Shown: positions 26,632 to 37,720, numbered from the stretch's first letter. The stretch is 64,000 nucleotides of DNA from Candidatus Thorarchaeota archaeon (GCA_048882325.1 JBHLRS010000002.1:64001-128000); one strand, 5' to 3'. Numbers and translations: made by a program. The notes: generated from the letters alone by a model not told the origin.

Positions 26632-27723
26632 TCATTTCTTCTTTGGTTTCTTCTGAGTTTTCTTACTTTTTGACTTTGACTTCTGTTTCACTGTCGAGGA
26701 CTTGGTCTTGGTCTTGTCCTTTGACTTGATACTCTTCTGTGTTGAAACTATCTCTTTGTTTGCTGCTGCAGCATAGAGTTCGACAGTTGCGGCCTTGTCT
26801 TCGTCGTAGACAGAACTAAGTCTCTTAATCTCCTGAATCTGTTCTTTTCGAACCATCTTCGCACCTAGTCTTTTGGCTAGCTTGAGAATCCTGACCGTTG
26901 AACGTTTCTGCATAGCTTCATTGAACATAATAACTGGAAGAATGAACGCCATCACGAAGAATGGAAGACCAATTGTCCAAAGAGTTCCTGTTATGATTTG
27001 GATAAGTGCTTGCTCTGTAGACAGGGGATTTAATTCCAGCCACGGAACGATGAGTGGTTCGTAGAAGTGATTCAGGAACATTGTGATGGGAAAAGCGAGT
27101 AAAGCATATCCACCAAGCATATTTGCGATCCATCGACCAACCCCTTGCGTATCCGGTGTCTGACGAAGATCTAATCGATCAGATTTCAGATGTGTGACCA
27201 CTCCTGCATCGTTCAAGACCCATGTTGGCATGAAAAGGAGTAATGCAATCGGTACTGCAAGCAATGCACTCATGAGTGATACTACAACAGGAAATAGTGT
27301 GGCAAACTCTGAGGGAGGTACATATCCAGCACCAAATAGATAGTTCCTTAGTGGTAGCCTAAATAATTCGGCAGAAGCAACTGCGAACAGCGCTGGAGCA
27401 GCAGCTCTACGAACCAGTTGAGTTCCACCAAACTCCCTACCTATATTCATGATATTGAGTTCATACCTTGTCGATTTGACAATCTTTGTACCAACCAATA
27501 GAACAACCGCAATTGGAACTGCAAAGATGTAGTACTCGAGAAACAGAATCGGAAAAGCTATCAGCATGATTGTGAGAATGTCAGTTCCGAGCGTGTTAGA
27601 TAGTGTATCTGGAATCAATTCTATGTGAGGCATTCCCTCGGTAATAGTCAGAATCAATTGTATAGTGACTAGCATACCCAGAAGGAACATTAAGACTGGC
27701 GTTGCGAATCGTCTAGCTCCCAT
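26632..27723 (-). CDS. Hypothetical multi-pass membrane protein with a Lys-rich C-terminal tail
   Basis: About 6 hydrophobic segments; tail KSIKSKDKTKTK...KKPKKK. Confidence 0.7.
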   Translation of the reverse strand: MGARRFATPVLMFLLGMLVTIQLILTITEGMPHIELIPDTLSNTLGTDILTIMLIAFPILFLEYYIFAVPIAVVLLVGTKIVKSTRYELNIMNIGREFGGTQLVRRAAAPALFAVASAELFRLPLRNYLFGAGYVPPSEFATLFPVVVSLMSALLAVPIALLLFMPTWVLNDAGVVTHLKSDRLDLRQTPDTQGVGRWIANMLGGYALLAFPITMFLNHFYEPLIVPWLELNPLSTEQALIQIITGTLWTIGLPFFVMAFILPVIMFNEAMQKRSTVRILKLAKRLGAKMVRKEQIQEIKRLSSVYDEDKAATVELYAAAANKEIVSTQKSIKSKDKTKTKSSTVKQKSKSKSKKTQKKPKKK

Positions 27724-27796
27724 TGTTATGACCTCGTCTTGGCATACGCGGGAGCATGTTAATGTTATGGATTCTCAATCAGAGTTTTGAAGTATC

Positions 27797-28969
27797 CTAG
27801 AACAACCCCAACATCTGCCAGAGTGGTGGAATGCACACAATCAAAATGAACATAGCGAGCACAAAAAGTGCGATACGCCAATTCGAGATCTTCACAGTAT
27901 CATTCAATGGTCCAGGATGACCGCCACCAGAGGATATTGCCAGAATTAGGATTGCCATCAGATAGTATCCAGTGAGCAGCATGATCAATAGTGCCACCCA
28001 TCCAATCTGCTTATGCCACTTTGGTCCAACAATCGCCCTGAGAGCATGACCACCATCAAGCTGAGCAATTGGGAAAAGATTCAGTGCAGTAACAAGCATA
28101 CCCACCCATGCTGCAAATGCAATGGGATGCATATAGAGAGTACCACCTGGGGGAATGAAGTCAATGAAGAGAAAGCCAACCAATGTAAAGAGGAAGGGTG
28201 TGGCTAGTTCGCCAGACATCCCTGGGAATGCATCCTCGATTGCAATAAGTTCCTGAGCTGTTACTGGTACAGACAGCAGATATCCAAAGAAGAGGACAAC
28301 TAGAGTGACACAAAATCCAGCTAGGGGACCTGCAAGTCCCATATCAATCAGTTCCTCTCTGTTGTTTGGCGGGCTCTTCTGGGAAATGAATGCACCAAAG
28401 GTACCTCCAATCTGTGGTAGTCCAGGAATGAAATATGGAAGCGTCGCTTCGATACCCTTTCTTTTACACATCAGGTAGTGTCCCATTTCATGGGTAAATA
28501 TAATCCCCATCAGTGCTAAAATGAACGTGATGGTTACAAAAGCGATGTCTAAATAGGTCCACCCGGCAGGATAGAATAGAGAAAGGAATACCGGGCTTGT
28601 AGCTTGGAGAAGACCACCAATAGCCATAGTAGCCAGGGTAGTCACGAACAAAGCATAGTTGATACGTCTGTTACTCGGTCCCGGCTTTTGGATTGGAACG
28701 AACCGGATGAAATACTCACCCTCAGCCTTGTTCTTCCATCGGACAAGTGGCCAGACTTTGAGTGGCTTTGTTAAATTTGTGAGTTCCTTGAATACCTCAT
28801 CCTGCATTTCATTGGTTGATTCAATGCCTACTCGCCACTTTACAATGAATGTAGGCATTCCAAACTCAAGGACATTTGTGACAATTTCAAAATGCAGAGC
28901 AAGAATATCACTCAATTCTGCAAATGTCGGGTAGGTAATGACAGTTGGAACTTCGTCACCGAAAGCCAC
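27797..28969 (-). CDS. Site-2 protease (peptidase M50) family intramembrane metalloprotease
   Basis: HEMGH, PYFIP..GTFGAFI, AGPLAG, LNLFPIAQLDGGH. Confidence 0.93.
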   Translation of the reverse strand: MAFGDEVPTVITYPTFAELSDILALHFEIVTNVLEFGMPTFIVKWRVGIESTNEMQDEVFKELTNLTKPLKVWPLVRWKNKAEGEYFIRFVPIQKPGPSNRRINYALFVTTLATMAIGGLLQATSPVFLSLFYPAGWTYLDIAFVTITFILALMGIIFTHEMGHYLMCKRKGIEATLPYFIPGLPQIGGTFGAFISQKSPPNNREELIDMGLAGPLAGFCVTLVVLFFGYLLSVPVTAQELIAIEDAFPGMSGELATPFLFTLVGFLFIDFIPPGGTLYMHPIAFAAWVGMLVTALNLFPIAQLDGGHALRAIVGPKWHKQIGWVALLIMLLTGYYLMAILILAISSGGGHPGPLNDTVKISNWRIALFVLAMFILIVCIPPLWQMLGLF

Positions 28970-29056
28970 TATGGTCGTTTCTCCCAGTCGTCTTGACTCA
29001 GTGAAAGTCCCTGTTGAACGAATTTAAGGATAACCGCTGAGGCAGGTTCTTATTCC

Positions 29057-29896
29057 TCACCCATAGAACTGGAACCAGTGGCTCAGTGTTCGTTCTGCAA
29101 ATCGCTCTGCACCTTCTGAAATTGCTTCAGGGACCATACCCTCCTCAATGAACTGAGTGACTGTCAATCCCATGCTTGTAGCGTCTTCTACATTGGCTCT
29201 TAGATCCATAAGAGCCTGAATGTATCCCTCAAGCTCATCAGGACCACAGACGGGACCATGGCCCGGGACAATCGTTTCGAGACCCATGTCAAGAACTTCT
29301 TCGAGTGCCATGATCCACCTATCTGGATCACAGGTCGGATCGCCACCATAAGGAAACATCCCACTGAATATCAGGTCTCCAATAAAGATTAGATTATGAG
29401 GATGAGAGATTATAGTAGATGAACCAGCGGTATGTCCGCCGAGAAGCTTCACTGAGACCTCCTCATTGTTCCCAAGAAAGAGGTGATTCTTAAAGACAAC
29501 ATCAGGAAGTCGAATCGAGAGGTCTTGGACCGCATTCCATAGCTCTGGTCGTTCATCCTTGATAGAGTCATAATTCTTCCTCAGGGTTTCAGCCGCCCAG
29601 TCCCCCTTGATGTTTTCTTCACATCGGTTTCGCATTGGCAGTGACGCAATGAGACTCACTGGCTCAAATGCCTGCGCACCAAACACATGATCACTATGAG
29701 AGTGAGTGAACACAATTTTGAGGATTGGTTTACCGGTTTCCTTCTCCAGGTACTCCTTCGTTTCTCGACTCTTCGGATGAATCATTCCAGCGTCAATCAT
29801 GATGACTTCATCTTCCAGAACAATAGCTCCATGGTTTCCCCCATTCGAACCATCAGTGCATACATAAATTCCATCCATCAGTTTCTGGAGAGTCAT
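29057..29896 (-). CDS. Metallo-beta-lactamase fold hydrolase (cyclase/glyoxalase II-like)
   Basis: THSHSDHVFG, GHTAG, GDLIF, IVPGHG. Start probably MTLQK. Confidence 0.9.
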   Translation of the reverse strand: MTLQKLMDGIYVCTDGSNGGNHGAIVLEDEVIMIDAGMIHPKSRETKEYLEKETGKPILKIVFTHSHSDHVFGAQAFEPVSLIASLPMRNRCEENIKGDWAAETLRKNYDSIKDERPELWNAVQDLSIRLPDVVFKNHLFLGNNEEVSVKLLGGHTAGSSTIISHPHNLIFIGDLIFSGMFPYGGDPTCDPDRWIMALEEVLDMGLETIVPGHGPVCGPDELEGYIQALMDLRANVEDATSMGLTVTQFIEEGMVPEAISEGAERFAERTLSHWFQFYG

Positions 29897-30107
29897 ATAC
29901 CAACGATGACAAATCTTCCAGATATACTTGTTCACTCAAAGGCTATAATGTCAAAGTCCATAGACGGCTCAAAATCACTTTATTCGACCATCTCCAAACC
30001 CAACCTGAGCTGTTCCAGAGCTGGTATATCTTTTTGGGAGTTCATCTATGCGTAAGGATATAACACATTCAAATCCTAAGAAACAATAGTTAACAGGAGT
30101 AAAAGAA

Positions 30108-30455
30108 ATGGCAGAAACAAGGGAAGAACTAGCCTCACTCACCTGTGTGCCTTGTAGAGGCGGCACTCCACCAATGGAGGGTGACAAGATCAAACTGATG
30201 ATGTATATCGTACCTGGATGGACAAAATCCGAGGGTGAGATTGACAAGATTGAGAAGACCTTCAAATTCAAGGATTTTGCAGAAGCTATGGCATTTGTGA
30301 ATAAAGTCGCTGAAATAGCTGAAGAGCAAGGACACCACCCGGACATATTCATTCAATGGAACAAGGTCACTCTGACGCTCTGGACACATGCGATCAAGGG
30401 ACTATACGATAACGACTTCATTCTTGCTGCAAAGATTGATGAACTAATCAGTTGA
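30108..30455 (+). CDS. Pterin-4-alpha-carbinolamine dehydratase
   Basis: CVPCRGG, FKFKDF..A..FVN, EEQGHHPDI, LWTHAIKGL..NDFILAAKID. Confidence 0.92.
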   Translation: MAETREELASLTCVPCRGGTPPMEGDKIKLMMYIVPGWTKSEGEIDKIEKTFKFKDFAEAMAFVNKVAEIAEEQGHHPDIFIQWNKVTLTLWTHAIKGLYDNDFILAAKIDELIS

Positions 30456-32150
30456 TGGTCGCTTAAACCAGCAGACAATCCCACCGAAAAGAATCACTCC
30501 ACCGGAAATTGTTGCTACTACGGTTAAAGTCATGATACTCAGTGGAAATGCCCAGAGGAGTGTCAGAAATGATGTCACGAGAGTCATGAGTACAGCAACC
30601 ACTATGCCGTAACGAATGACTTCTCCTTCGATTCCTATCTCATCAATGACAGCAGCAGCATTCTGAATCTTTGCAGGACTGAGAACGCTTGCAAGCCCTC
30701 CACCAATACCATTTGATGCAGCAACGTGAACAGCGCTTGCGTTAATTATGGTACTCGTTTCTACATGATATCTCGTGAACATTGCAATAGCTGAGGTCTC
30801 TGATCCAGAAATGAATCCGCCAAGCAATCCCATGAATGGTGCTAGTAGTGGATATAGAAGCCCAATTCCAGCTGTAAGTGATGCAAGCAGATAGATCATG
30901 TTGTTGGTAGGATCCAAACCCGGTGACGATGTAGGATTTAACCAAACACCACCGGAATCAACAGCCCAACCACTAAAATTCATTACATCAGCCATTGCGA
31001 AAAAGATTGCTGCTGCAACAACTGGTCGAGGTGCTCTTTTCAAGAAGCTGACCATTGTTCGTTTCAGTACATTCGCATTAGTCTTGAGGAATGGCATTGA
31101 CACAAAGGTTGCAATAAGCATCAAGGTATAAGCCTGCCAGAGAAATCGGGTTCTAATCACACTAGGATAACCTCCAATTTGCACTGGGAAGGCAAGGTCA
31201 ACAAACATTAGTTGGAAGATTTGTGGTATCATATTTGTAACAAGACTTAGCATCACAAGCACAACCCATGGAATACTCGCTCGATATATGCTCATACCAT
31301 TCTCAACTTCGATGTCCTTCTCTTCAAGCGTGCTTCTGTCTAGAATTGGTTTTCCTCGTACCTTATTGAAAATGAAAAGAACAAGAAGAACAGCCGCACC
31401 TGCAAATACATTTGTCAATGTAGTAAGTGGAAGTATAACATTACAGACAATCGCCATACCTCCTGCAGTAAGCCCGCACAAACTAGCTAGAACAACTCCA
31501 TCTCGGCTGAGTAGAAGCTTTCGACCTCCTGCAATCCAAAGCATGGATATAGCTATCCCTATACTAACGAGTGGCATGAACCAAGCAAAGACTGAGCCAG
31601 CTTCCTGCAGCGTTATGCTTTCAGTAGCCCAGGCACTATATTCTCCTGTGAACACAACAGCGGGAACTCCTAGTAGTGCAAAGGTTGTGAGAGGATCATA
31701 ACCGATTGACGGAAGTGCAACAGCAACCATAGGGGAGAAACCAAGTGCCAACATTACGGGAGGAAGCATAGATACGGGGGTAGCTCCTATTCCTACTAGA
31801 AAGAGACCGAGTCCAAAGCTAATCATTAGTATCTGCATTGGTCTACTGCCTCCGCCTAAAGTTTTGAAGAATACAATCAACCTCTGAAGAGCTCCAACCT
31901 CTTGCATGTAGGTCATCATCAATATCGAAGTAGCGACCATCAACGAGATGGGAAATGACTTGACAATGCCAGCGACGCTTGCAGTGATAGCTATGCCAAC
32001 ATCGGTCTGAAATGCCACGATAGCAATGATGAATGTCACAAACCAGACGATGACTCCAGTGATGTCAGCGGCCTTCTTCATGAAGACCAGAAGGACAAGA
32101 GCCAAGACTATTGGTAGAATAATCAATATGAAACCTACAACTGCTTCCAA
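30444..32150 (-). CDS. L-lactate permease family transporter
   Basis: Multi-TM protein; GFSP..A, LGGFISGSETSAIAMF, SPAKIQNAAA motifs typical of LctP. Confidence 0.82.
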   Translation of the reverse strand: MEAVVGFILIILPIVLALVLLVFMKKAADITGVIVWFVTFIIAIVAFQTDVGIAITASVAGIVKSFPISLMVATSILMMTYMQEVGALQRLIVFFKTLGGGSRPMQILMISFGLGLFLVGIGATPVSMLPPVMLALGFSPMVAVALPSIGYDPLTTFALLGVPAVVFTGEYSAWATESITLQEAGSVFAWFMPLVSIGIAISMLWIAGGRKLLLSRDGVVLASLCGLTAGGMAIVCNVILPLTTLTNVFAGAAVLLVLFIFNKVRGKPILDRSTLEEKDIEVENGMSIYRASIPWVVLVMLSLVTNMIPQIFQLMFVDLAFPVQIGGYPSVIRTRFLWQAYTLMLIATFVSMPFLKTNANVLKRTMVSFLKRAPRPVVAAAIFFAMADVMNFSGWAVDSGGVWLNPTSSPGLDPTNNMIYLLASLTAGIGLLYPLLAPFMGLLGGFISGSETSAIAMFTRYHVETSTIINASAVHVAASNGIGGGLASVLSPAKIQNAAAVIDEIGIEGEVIRYGIVVAVLMTLVTSFLTLLWAFPLSIMTLTVVATISGGVILFGGIVCWFKRPSTD

Positions 32151-32153
32151 TTT

Positions 32154-33149
32154 TTACGACTTCCTTTCAAGATATCCATTTTCAAGATACCAATCAATAG
32201 CTCTCTGAAGACCTTCAGTCATAGTGACATGAGGTGCCCATCCAAGCAGGCGCTTTGCCTTCTCATTTGAGTATTCACGATTTGCATACATATTATCCAC
32301 AGATTTCATGTGCCAGAAGAAAGTCATTTTCTTTCTGTTCTTGAAAGGACTCAAAAGAGCCATTCCTATCTTTGCGACAACCTTAGGAACACGAAGACGT
32401 GGAGGTTTAACATCAAGATATTCAGTCACGACATCCACATACTGTTCCCAACTCATGGATTCATCTGGACAGAGAATAATCGTGTTGTTGAGAGCTGCCA
32501 TTGGAGTTAACGCAGCAACAAAACCTGAGATAACATCATCAATGTGTATGAACATGAAACGTGCACTCAGGTCGCGTGGTAAGGCGAAGACCTTTCCATG
32601 ATACAGTTCATGAGCAACCTCATACATAATGTAAAGGTCCCCTTCGCCCATTACACCTGTCGGTCTTAGAATGATGTGGGCCAACCCGGTTTCATCTGTG
32701 ATCTCACGAATCGCTTTCTCTGCTAGTATCTTACTCTCACCGTAACTAAAGTCAGGTTTCAGTTCTGTGTCCTCGGTGCCAGGAGGGAATCTAATAGATC
32801 CCATTGTTTCCGCTGTAGAGCAGTAGATGAATCTCTCAACTTCAGTCCCAAGACAAGCGGTCATCAGGTTTCTTGTTCCTTCCACATTGACCTTGAACAT
32901 GAGATCCTCATCCGAGGGATAGAAGTCGAAATATGCAGCAAAGTGATAAACAACTTTGACTCCTTGTACTGCCGCTTCTAGACTTCGCATATCAAACAGG
33001 TCCGCAACCCTAATCTCAACTTCCGCGGGAAGTCCCTCAGTGTTACTTGTTTGTCTTACAAGTGCAACAACGTCATGGCCATCTGCCAGAAGCTTTGAAA
33101 CTACACGTCCACCTATATAACCCGATGCTCCTGTGACAAGAATCTTCAC
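32154..33149 (-). CDS. NAD-dependent epimerase/dehydratase (extended SDR)
   Basis: ILVTGASGYIG, NVEGTRN, YGESK, LRPTGVMG. Confidence 0.92.
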   Translation of the reverse strand: MKILVTGASGYIGGRVVSKLLADGHDVVALVRQTSNTEGLPAEVEIRVADLFDMRSLEAAVQGVKVVYHFAAYFDFYPSDEDLMFKVNVEGTRNLMTACLGTEVERFIYCSTAETMGSIRFPPGTEDTELKPDFSYGESKILAEKAIREITDETGLAHIILRPTGVMGEGDLYIMYEVAHELYHGKVFALPRDLSARFMFIHIDDVISGFVAALTPMAALNNTIILCPDESMSWEQYVDVVTEYLDVKPPRLRVPKVVAKIGMALLSPFKNRKKMTFFWHMKSVDNMYANREYSNEKAKRLLGWAPHVTMTEGLQRAIDWYLENGYLERKS

Positions 33150-33267
33150 GGGCGCTTACCTCTAACTAGCCCTCAAACATCTCTCATTTATCTGTATCCT
33201 ATCTTCTCTACCAAAAGTAATATTCGTTCACGTGAAGAAGTAGTAAGAGTGGACTGGTGTAGGGACA

Positions 33268-34434
33268 TTGGAGCCAGAAAGTCACAGTGACATGGAACGG
33301 ACTGAGTTAGGTCCAGCAGAAGACACTCCAACTGGCTGGTTTCAATTGGGTTGTGCTCTTGCAAAACAAGGGAATCAAGTTGAAGCTGAGAGAGCTTTGA
33401 AGATTGCAGTTGACTTGCAAGAGAAATATCCAATTGCATGGACAGTTCTGAGTGCTGTTCTACTTTCACAAGCCCGAGAAACAGACGCTGAGAAAGCAGG
33501 CAAGATGGCATTGGAACAAGCTGAAGACCTAAAGATCACCTGGCCTAAACTACGAAGCATCATTCTCAATCATGCGATTCTGAAAGGCAAGGATTGGAAA
33601 AGTCCTAGGAGGATCCTATGCAATTCTTCTGATTCAACTGAATGGGCCAGCATCCTCTCTCAGTTAAGTGAAACGAACGATGAGCTGTCTAGTGAAATCG
33701 ATATCAAACCAGAAGAAGTTGATGATTCTCTGACTGCTGTAAAACCGATTGAAGAAATTGATAGTGAAGAAATGAGGGCGTGGGGATCTGATGCATTAAA
33801 GCAAACGGAAGATGAGAATGCACAAATTTGGTTTGGTACTGCGCGAATCCATATGGTTGCGGGTAGGTTTGACCAAGCTGAAAAAGCGTTCATGAGAGGA
33901 CTGAAAATAGATCCTGATAATGGTGAAGCATTACTTAGAGTTGGAACACTTCTCATGAAGAGAGGACTCTATAATAAGGCAGAGGGTTTGCTTGTACGAG
34001 CGGTTGATCTTTTGCAACAGAGCGCAGATGCTAGATTTCAATTAGCACTCTGTCTTCAGGCTCAAGAAAGATGGGATGAATCGAAAGACTTGTTGAAGAT
34101 TGCTAGTCAGAAAAATCCAAAAGATGAAGAAATTTGGGTCAAACTTGGTGAGGCGGATTTCTTCTGCAGCCGATATGAAGATGCCAGTAGGAGTTTCCTC
34201 AGAGCCCTTAGGATAATTCCCAGTCATCAAGAAGCGTTATTCTACCTCGGTCGGTGCATGGAGTATCGTGGGAATAATAGTCATGCTCTTCGTGTGTATA
34301 GAAAGCTGCTCTATCTTGAACCAGAGGATTCAGAGATGCTTGAGGAAATGTCAAAATCATTCCATCGTCTTGGTGAGCAGAATTCAGCAAACCGCGCAAA
34401 AGCTCTAGCAGCTAAACGACGTAGGTCTACATAA
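33268..34434 (+). CDS. Tetratricopeptide repeat protein
   Basis: Multiple TPR-like units (WFQLG.A..QG...EAE, AEKAF.RGLKIDP, WVKLGEA, ALFYLG). Confidence 0.88.
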   Translation: MEPESHSDMERTELGPAEDTPTGWFQLGCALAKQGNQVEAERALKIAVDLQEKYPIAWTVLSAVLLSQARETDAEKAGKMALEQAEDLKITWPKLRSIILNHAILKGKDWKSPRRILCNSSDSTEWASILSQLSETNDELSSEIDIKPEEVDDSLTAVKPIEEIDSEEMRAWGSDALKQTEDENAQIWFGTARIHMVAGRFDQAEKAFMRGLKIDPDNGEALLRVGTLLMKRGLYNKAEGLLVRAVDLLQQSADARFQLALCLQAQERWDESKDLLKIASQKNPKDEEIWVKLGEADFFCSRYEDASRSFLRALRIIPSHQEALFYLGRCMEYRGNNSHALRVYRKLLYLEPEDSEMLEEMSKSFHRLGEQNSANRAKALAAKRRRST

Positions 34435-35158
34435 TGAACTCGTCCAATGCAGGTAGAACCATACCAGCTTTTCCTGTGATGTGGAGGTCTACAACTCCAG
34501 TCAACATGGTCCGTTCAACATTGACTTCAATTACCTTACCACCTCGTTGCTTCACAATTAATGGGAAAGAGGCAGCAGGTTGCACATATCCAGAGGTGCC
34601 GATGACAATAATGACATCAGCCCGATCAAGTTCTGTGTAGACTCGCTGCATGATGTGGGAGTCAAGAGGCTCACCAAACCAAACAACATCAGGACGTAGG
34701 TTATTTCCACATTGTGGACAATGAGGAATACCTTTTGCTGGCTGATGCAAACGCTCACGATGATCACAAGAAACACACTTCAATGCCCAAATGTCACCAT
34801 GCACCTCGTAGACGTTCATTGATCCAGCTCTTATGTGAAGTCCATCTACATTCTGTGTAATCACTGATTCGAGAACGCCTCTTGTCTCCCATATCGCTAA
34901 GGTTTCATGGGCAGGATTTGGTTGGCAGTTTCCAATTAGTCCTTGTCGCCATGTGTACCACTCCCAAACGAGAGCAGGATTTCTGGCAAAAGCAATAGGT
35001 GTTGCAAGTTCCATTGCATTATAGTTTCGCCACAATCCATCTTCTCCGCGGAAGGTAGGGATATTTGATTCCCTAGAGATTCCAGCTCCAGTGAGTGCTA
35101 CAAAGTATTTTGCATCCATGATTACTTGTGCGACCTCTTTGAGAAGAGTTTCCTTCAT
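34427..35158 (-). CDS. cobB: NAD-dependent protein deacylase (sirtuin, class III)
   Basis: LTGAGISRES.IPTFRG, PNPAH, TQNVDGLH, HG, two CxxC, RPDVVWFGE, IGTS..VQPAA. Confidence 0.95.
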   Translation of the reverse strand: MKETLLKEVAQVIMDAKYFVALTGAGISRESNIPTFRGEDGLWRNYNAMELATPIAFARNPALVWEWYTWRQGLIGNCQPNPAHETLAIWETRGVLESVITQNVDGLHIRAGSMNVYEVHGDIWALKCVSCDHRERLHQPAKGIPHCPQCGNNLRPDVVWFGEPLDSHIMQRVYTELDRADVIIVIGTSGYVQPAASFPLIVKQRGGKVIEVNVERTMLTGVVDLHITGKAGMVLPALDEFIM

Positions 35159-35300
35159 TTTGTAACCTACACTTCACAGACATTTCTCTTTCTTAAGCCT
35201 GACTCATGCCTGCTGAGAAAACTAGCGTGCTACGCCAGCATGCTTATTAGGTGAGACTACAAATGAATATTCACTATTGTGAACACATCGGGGATTTACT

Positions 35301-35801
35301 ATGTCTGCTGGTGAGGCTAAGAAGGTAAAACAGGTCAAGAGAAGAACATGGATGATGCCTCAAGAAGTTGAGGTCTGGTACGTCCTTCCTGCGATCAGAA
35401 GAGAACTTGCAAAGGTTATGAAAACCAAGACTGTCCAGCGCAAAAATGAGGACGGTGAGTTGGTGGATCATAAAATCACTCAGAAGGAGATTGCTCGTAT
35501 GCTTGGTGTGACCGAACCAGCAATCACCCAATACCTGTTGAAAAAGAAGGGACGGAGGTCCAGAGGTGATCAGGTGGTCATCCCAGCTATAATTCTGAGA
35601 GAAATTGACAAGTCAGCAGACACTATGATTGAGGAATATGAAAAAGCCAGAAGTTCAGACAATGAAGACATCTTTGAAGAGATGACTCGAGAGATTAACC
35701 GCATCATTAGATTCATGAGAGATGAAGGAATAATGTGTGATATTCACAGAGAGTTCTGCGCTCATACGCAAGATCCCTGTGATGCGTGTGCCAATAAATA
35801 G
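35301..35801 (+). CDS. Archaeal HTH transcriptional regulator with a C-terminal Cys/His cluster
   Basis: PQEVEVWYVLPAIRRELA, TQKEIARMLGVTEPAITQY, C-x2-H...C-x2-C. Confidence 0.85.
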   Translation: MSAGEAKKVKQVKRRTWMMPQEVEVWYVLPAIRRELAKVMKTKTVQRKNEDGELVDHKITQKEIARMLGVTEPAITQYLLKKKGRRSRGDQVVIPAIILREIDKSADTMIEEYEKARSSDNEDIFEEMTREINRIIRFMRDEGIMCDIHREFCAHTQDPCDACANK

Positions 35802-35867
35802 AGTCTGAACTTTCAGCAGAAGGTTTTATCCGCAAATGCGCACTTCTGATACTCTATAGAAGAGTGT

Positions 35868-36605
35868 TTGCCATTGACAGGAGAAATCAAAGTCAGTATC
35901 AAAGATGCACTCGCCACTGTCACGATTTCAAGACCAGATAAGTTGAATTCAGTGACAAAAGAGATGCTCACCGATTTTCATGATCAGGTTTCGCAGCTCA
36001 TCAACAATCCAAGCATCAGGGTAATTGTCTTCAACGGTGAAGGAAACCGTGCATTCAGTGCAGGGTTTGACCTTGAGATGGTCATGGGTTTGGAGGGTAA
36101 AGAGGCCACTGAGTTCTTCAAACTGCTTGAGCGCACAATGCGAGTCATCCGAGAGAATCGAAATTGCCTGACAATAGCTTCGGTGAATGGATATGCCATT
36201 GGGTTTGGTGCGATGGCAGTCCTTGCTTGTGACTTCAGGATTTTTTCTGACACTGCAGTCTTCAAACTACCGGAAGTTGAGTTGGGTGTTTTTCCAGGTG
36301 CTGGAGCTTCATCAAACCTGCTGCATCTGGTTGGACCATCACGAGCAAAAGATATCGTACTGACAAGTCGGAATGTTTCCGCAAAGGAAGCACATGAGAT
36401 AGGACTTGCAGACATGTTAGTGAGTCCAGATGAATTGGAGAAGTGTACAAATGAGTATGTTGAAGCCCTCTTGAACAAAGACCCTACAATCTTGATTAGA
36501 TCAAAGACAATGATAGATGGCATGACTGGAAAGGATGTTTCAGAAGCCAGTGAGGTGGAAACTGCATATCTCGATGAATGGCTTCGGGAGAGAGAAGAAT
36601 CCTAA
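35868..36605 (+). CDS. Enoyl-CoA hydratase/isomerase (crotonase) family
   Basis: RPDKLN, AFSAGFDL, IASVNGYAIGFG, ACDFRI, LPEVELG..PGAG. Confidence 0.92.
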   Translation: MPLTGEIKVSIKDALATVTISRPDKLNSVTKEMLTDFHDQVSQLINNPSIRVIVFNGEGNRAFSAGFDLEMVMGLEGKEATEFFKLLERTMRVIRENRNCLTIASVNGYAIGFGAMAVLACDFRIFSDTAVFKLPEVELGVFPGAGASSNLLHLVGPSRAKDIVLTSRNVSAKEAHEIGLADMLVSPDELEKCTNEYVEALLNKDPTILIRSKTMIDGMTGKDVSEASEVETAYLDEWLREREES

Positions 36606-36730
36606 AAAATATCCAAAGGGCAATGCGACATAGATTTGTTTCATAGATAATCTACTTGGATAATCGTTGAATGTTTATTCGTCAGCCTTAATTAGGAAAA
36701 GTATCACAAAAAGGACCTCTGTTCAATGAG

Positions 36731-37714
36731 ATGATTTCAATGGCAAAAACAGCTGTTATCGCAATTGGTGGAAACTCGCTGATAAAAGACAAATCACACA
36801 AGACAGTACCTGATCAATATGCAGCCACCGCAGAAACGTGTAAACATATTGCAGACATGATCCAACAAGGTTGGAACGTCGTGATTACGTCAGGAAATGG
36901 ACCTCAGGTCGGTTTTATTTTGAGAAGGTCTGAATTGGCGGAACACGAACTTCACCCCGTGCCACTTGACTATTGTGGCGCAGATACTCAAGGTGCTATT
37001 GGGTATATGATTCAAAGAGCACTCTACAACGAGTTTCACAAGAGGGGTATGAATAGACATGTGGCATCACTTGTGACTCAGGTACGAGTTTCGAAAGACG
37101 ATCCTGCTTTCCAGAATCCTGCAAAACCAATAGGGTCTTTTATGGAAGAGAAAGAAGCCAAGCAAAGAATGGAAAAAGAAGGCTGGCAAATAAAGGAAGA
37201 TTCTGGCAGAGGATGGAGACGAGTTGTGCCATCACCGATACCTAAGGAGATAGTTGAACTCCCAGGAATTAAAGCTCTACTGAATGATGACATTGTGGTA
37301 TACGCAGTCGGAGGTGGAGGCATCCCGGTTGTAGCAAATGAGGCAGGTGAGCTTGAAGGCATCGCTGCAGTTATCGACAAGGACAGAGCATCCAGTCTAC
37401 TAGCAACAGATTTGGATGCAGATATCCTACTGATTTCGACTGCTGTAGAACAGGTCTATCTCAATTTTGGCAAGGAGAATCAAGAAGCTATTGATAAGAT
37501 GGACCATATTGAAGCTCAGAGGTACATTGAAGCGGGTCATTTCACCCCAGGAAGTATGTTGCCAAAGATTGAGGCATGTATTCAGTTCATTAAGAACGGA
37601 GGTGAAATGGCGATTATCACCGATCCACCCAATATCACACGAGCATTGAACGGAGAGACTGGAACTCGAATAGTTGCAGGATTTGCAGTTCCACCACCTC
37701 CAGAGAGAAGATGA
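36731..37714 (+). CDS. arcC: Carbamate kinase
   Basis: AIGGNSL, GNGPQVG, ADTQGAIGY, NPAKPIG, RRVVPSP, GGGGIPV, VIDKD, GSMLPK. Start may be 36740. Confidence 0.95.
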   Translation: MISMAKTAVIAIGGNSLIKDKSHKTVPDQYAATAETCKHIADMIQQGWNVVITSGNGPQVGFILRRSELAEHELHPVPLDYCGADTQGAIGYMIQRALYNEFHKRGMNRHVASLVTQVRVSKDDPAFQNPAKPIGSFMEEKEAKQRMEKEGWQIKEDSGRGWRRVVPSPIPKEIVELPGIKALLNDDIVVYAVGGGGIPVVANEAGELEGIAAVIDKDRASSLLATDLDADILLISTAVEQVYLNFGKENQEAIDKMDHIEAQRYIEAGHFTPGSMLPKIEACIQFIKNGGEMAIITDPPNITRALNGETGTRIVAGFAVPPPPERR

Positions 37715-37720
37715 TGAAAA

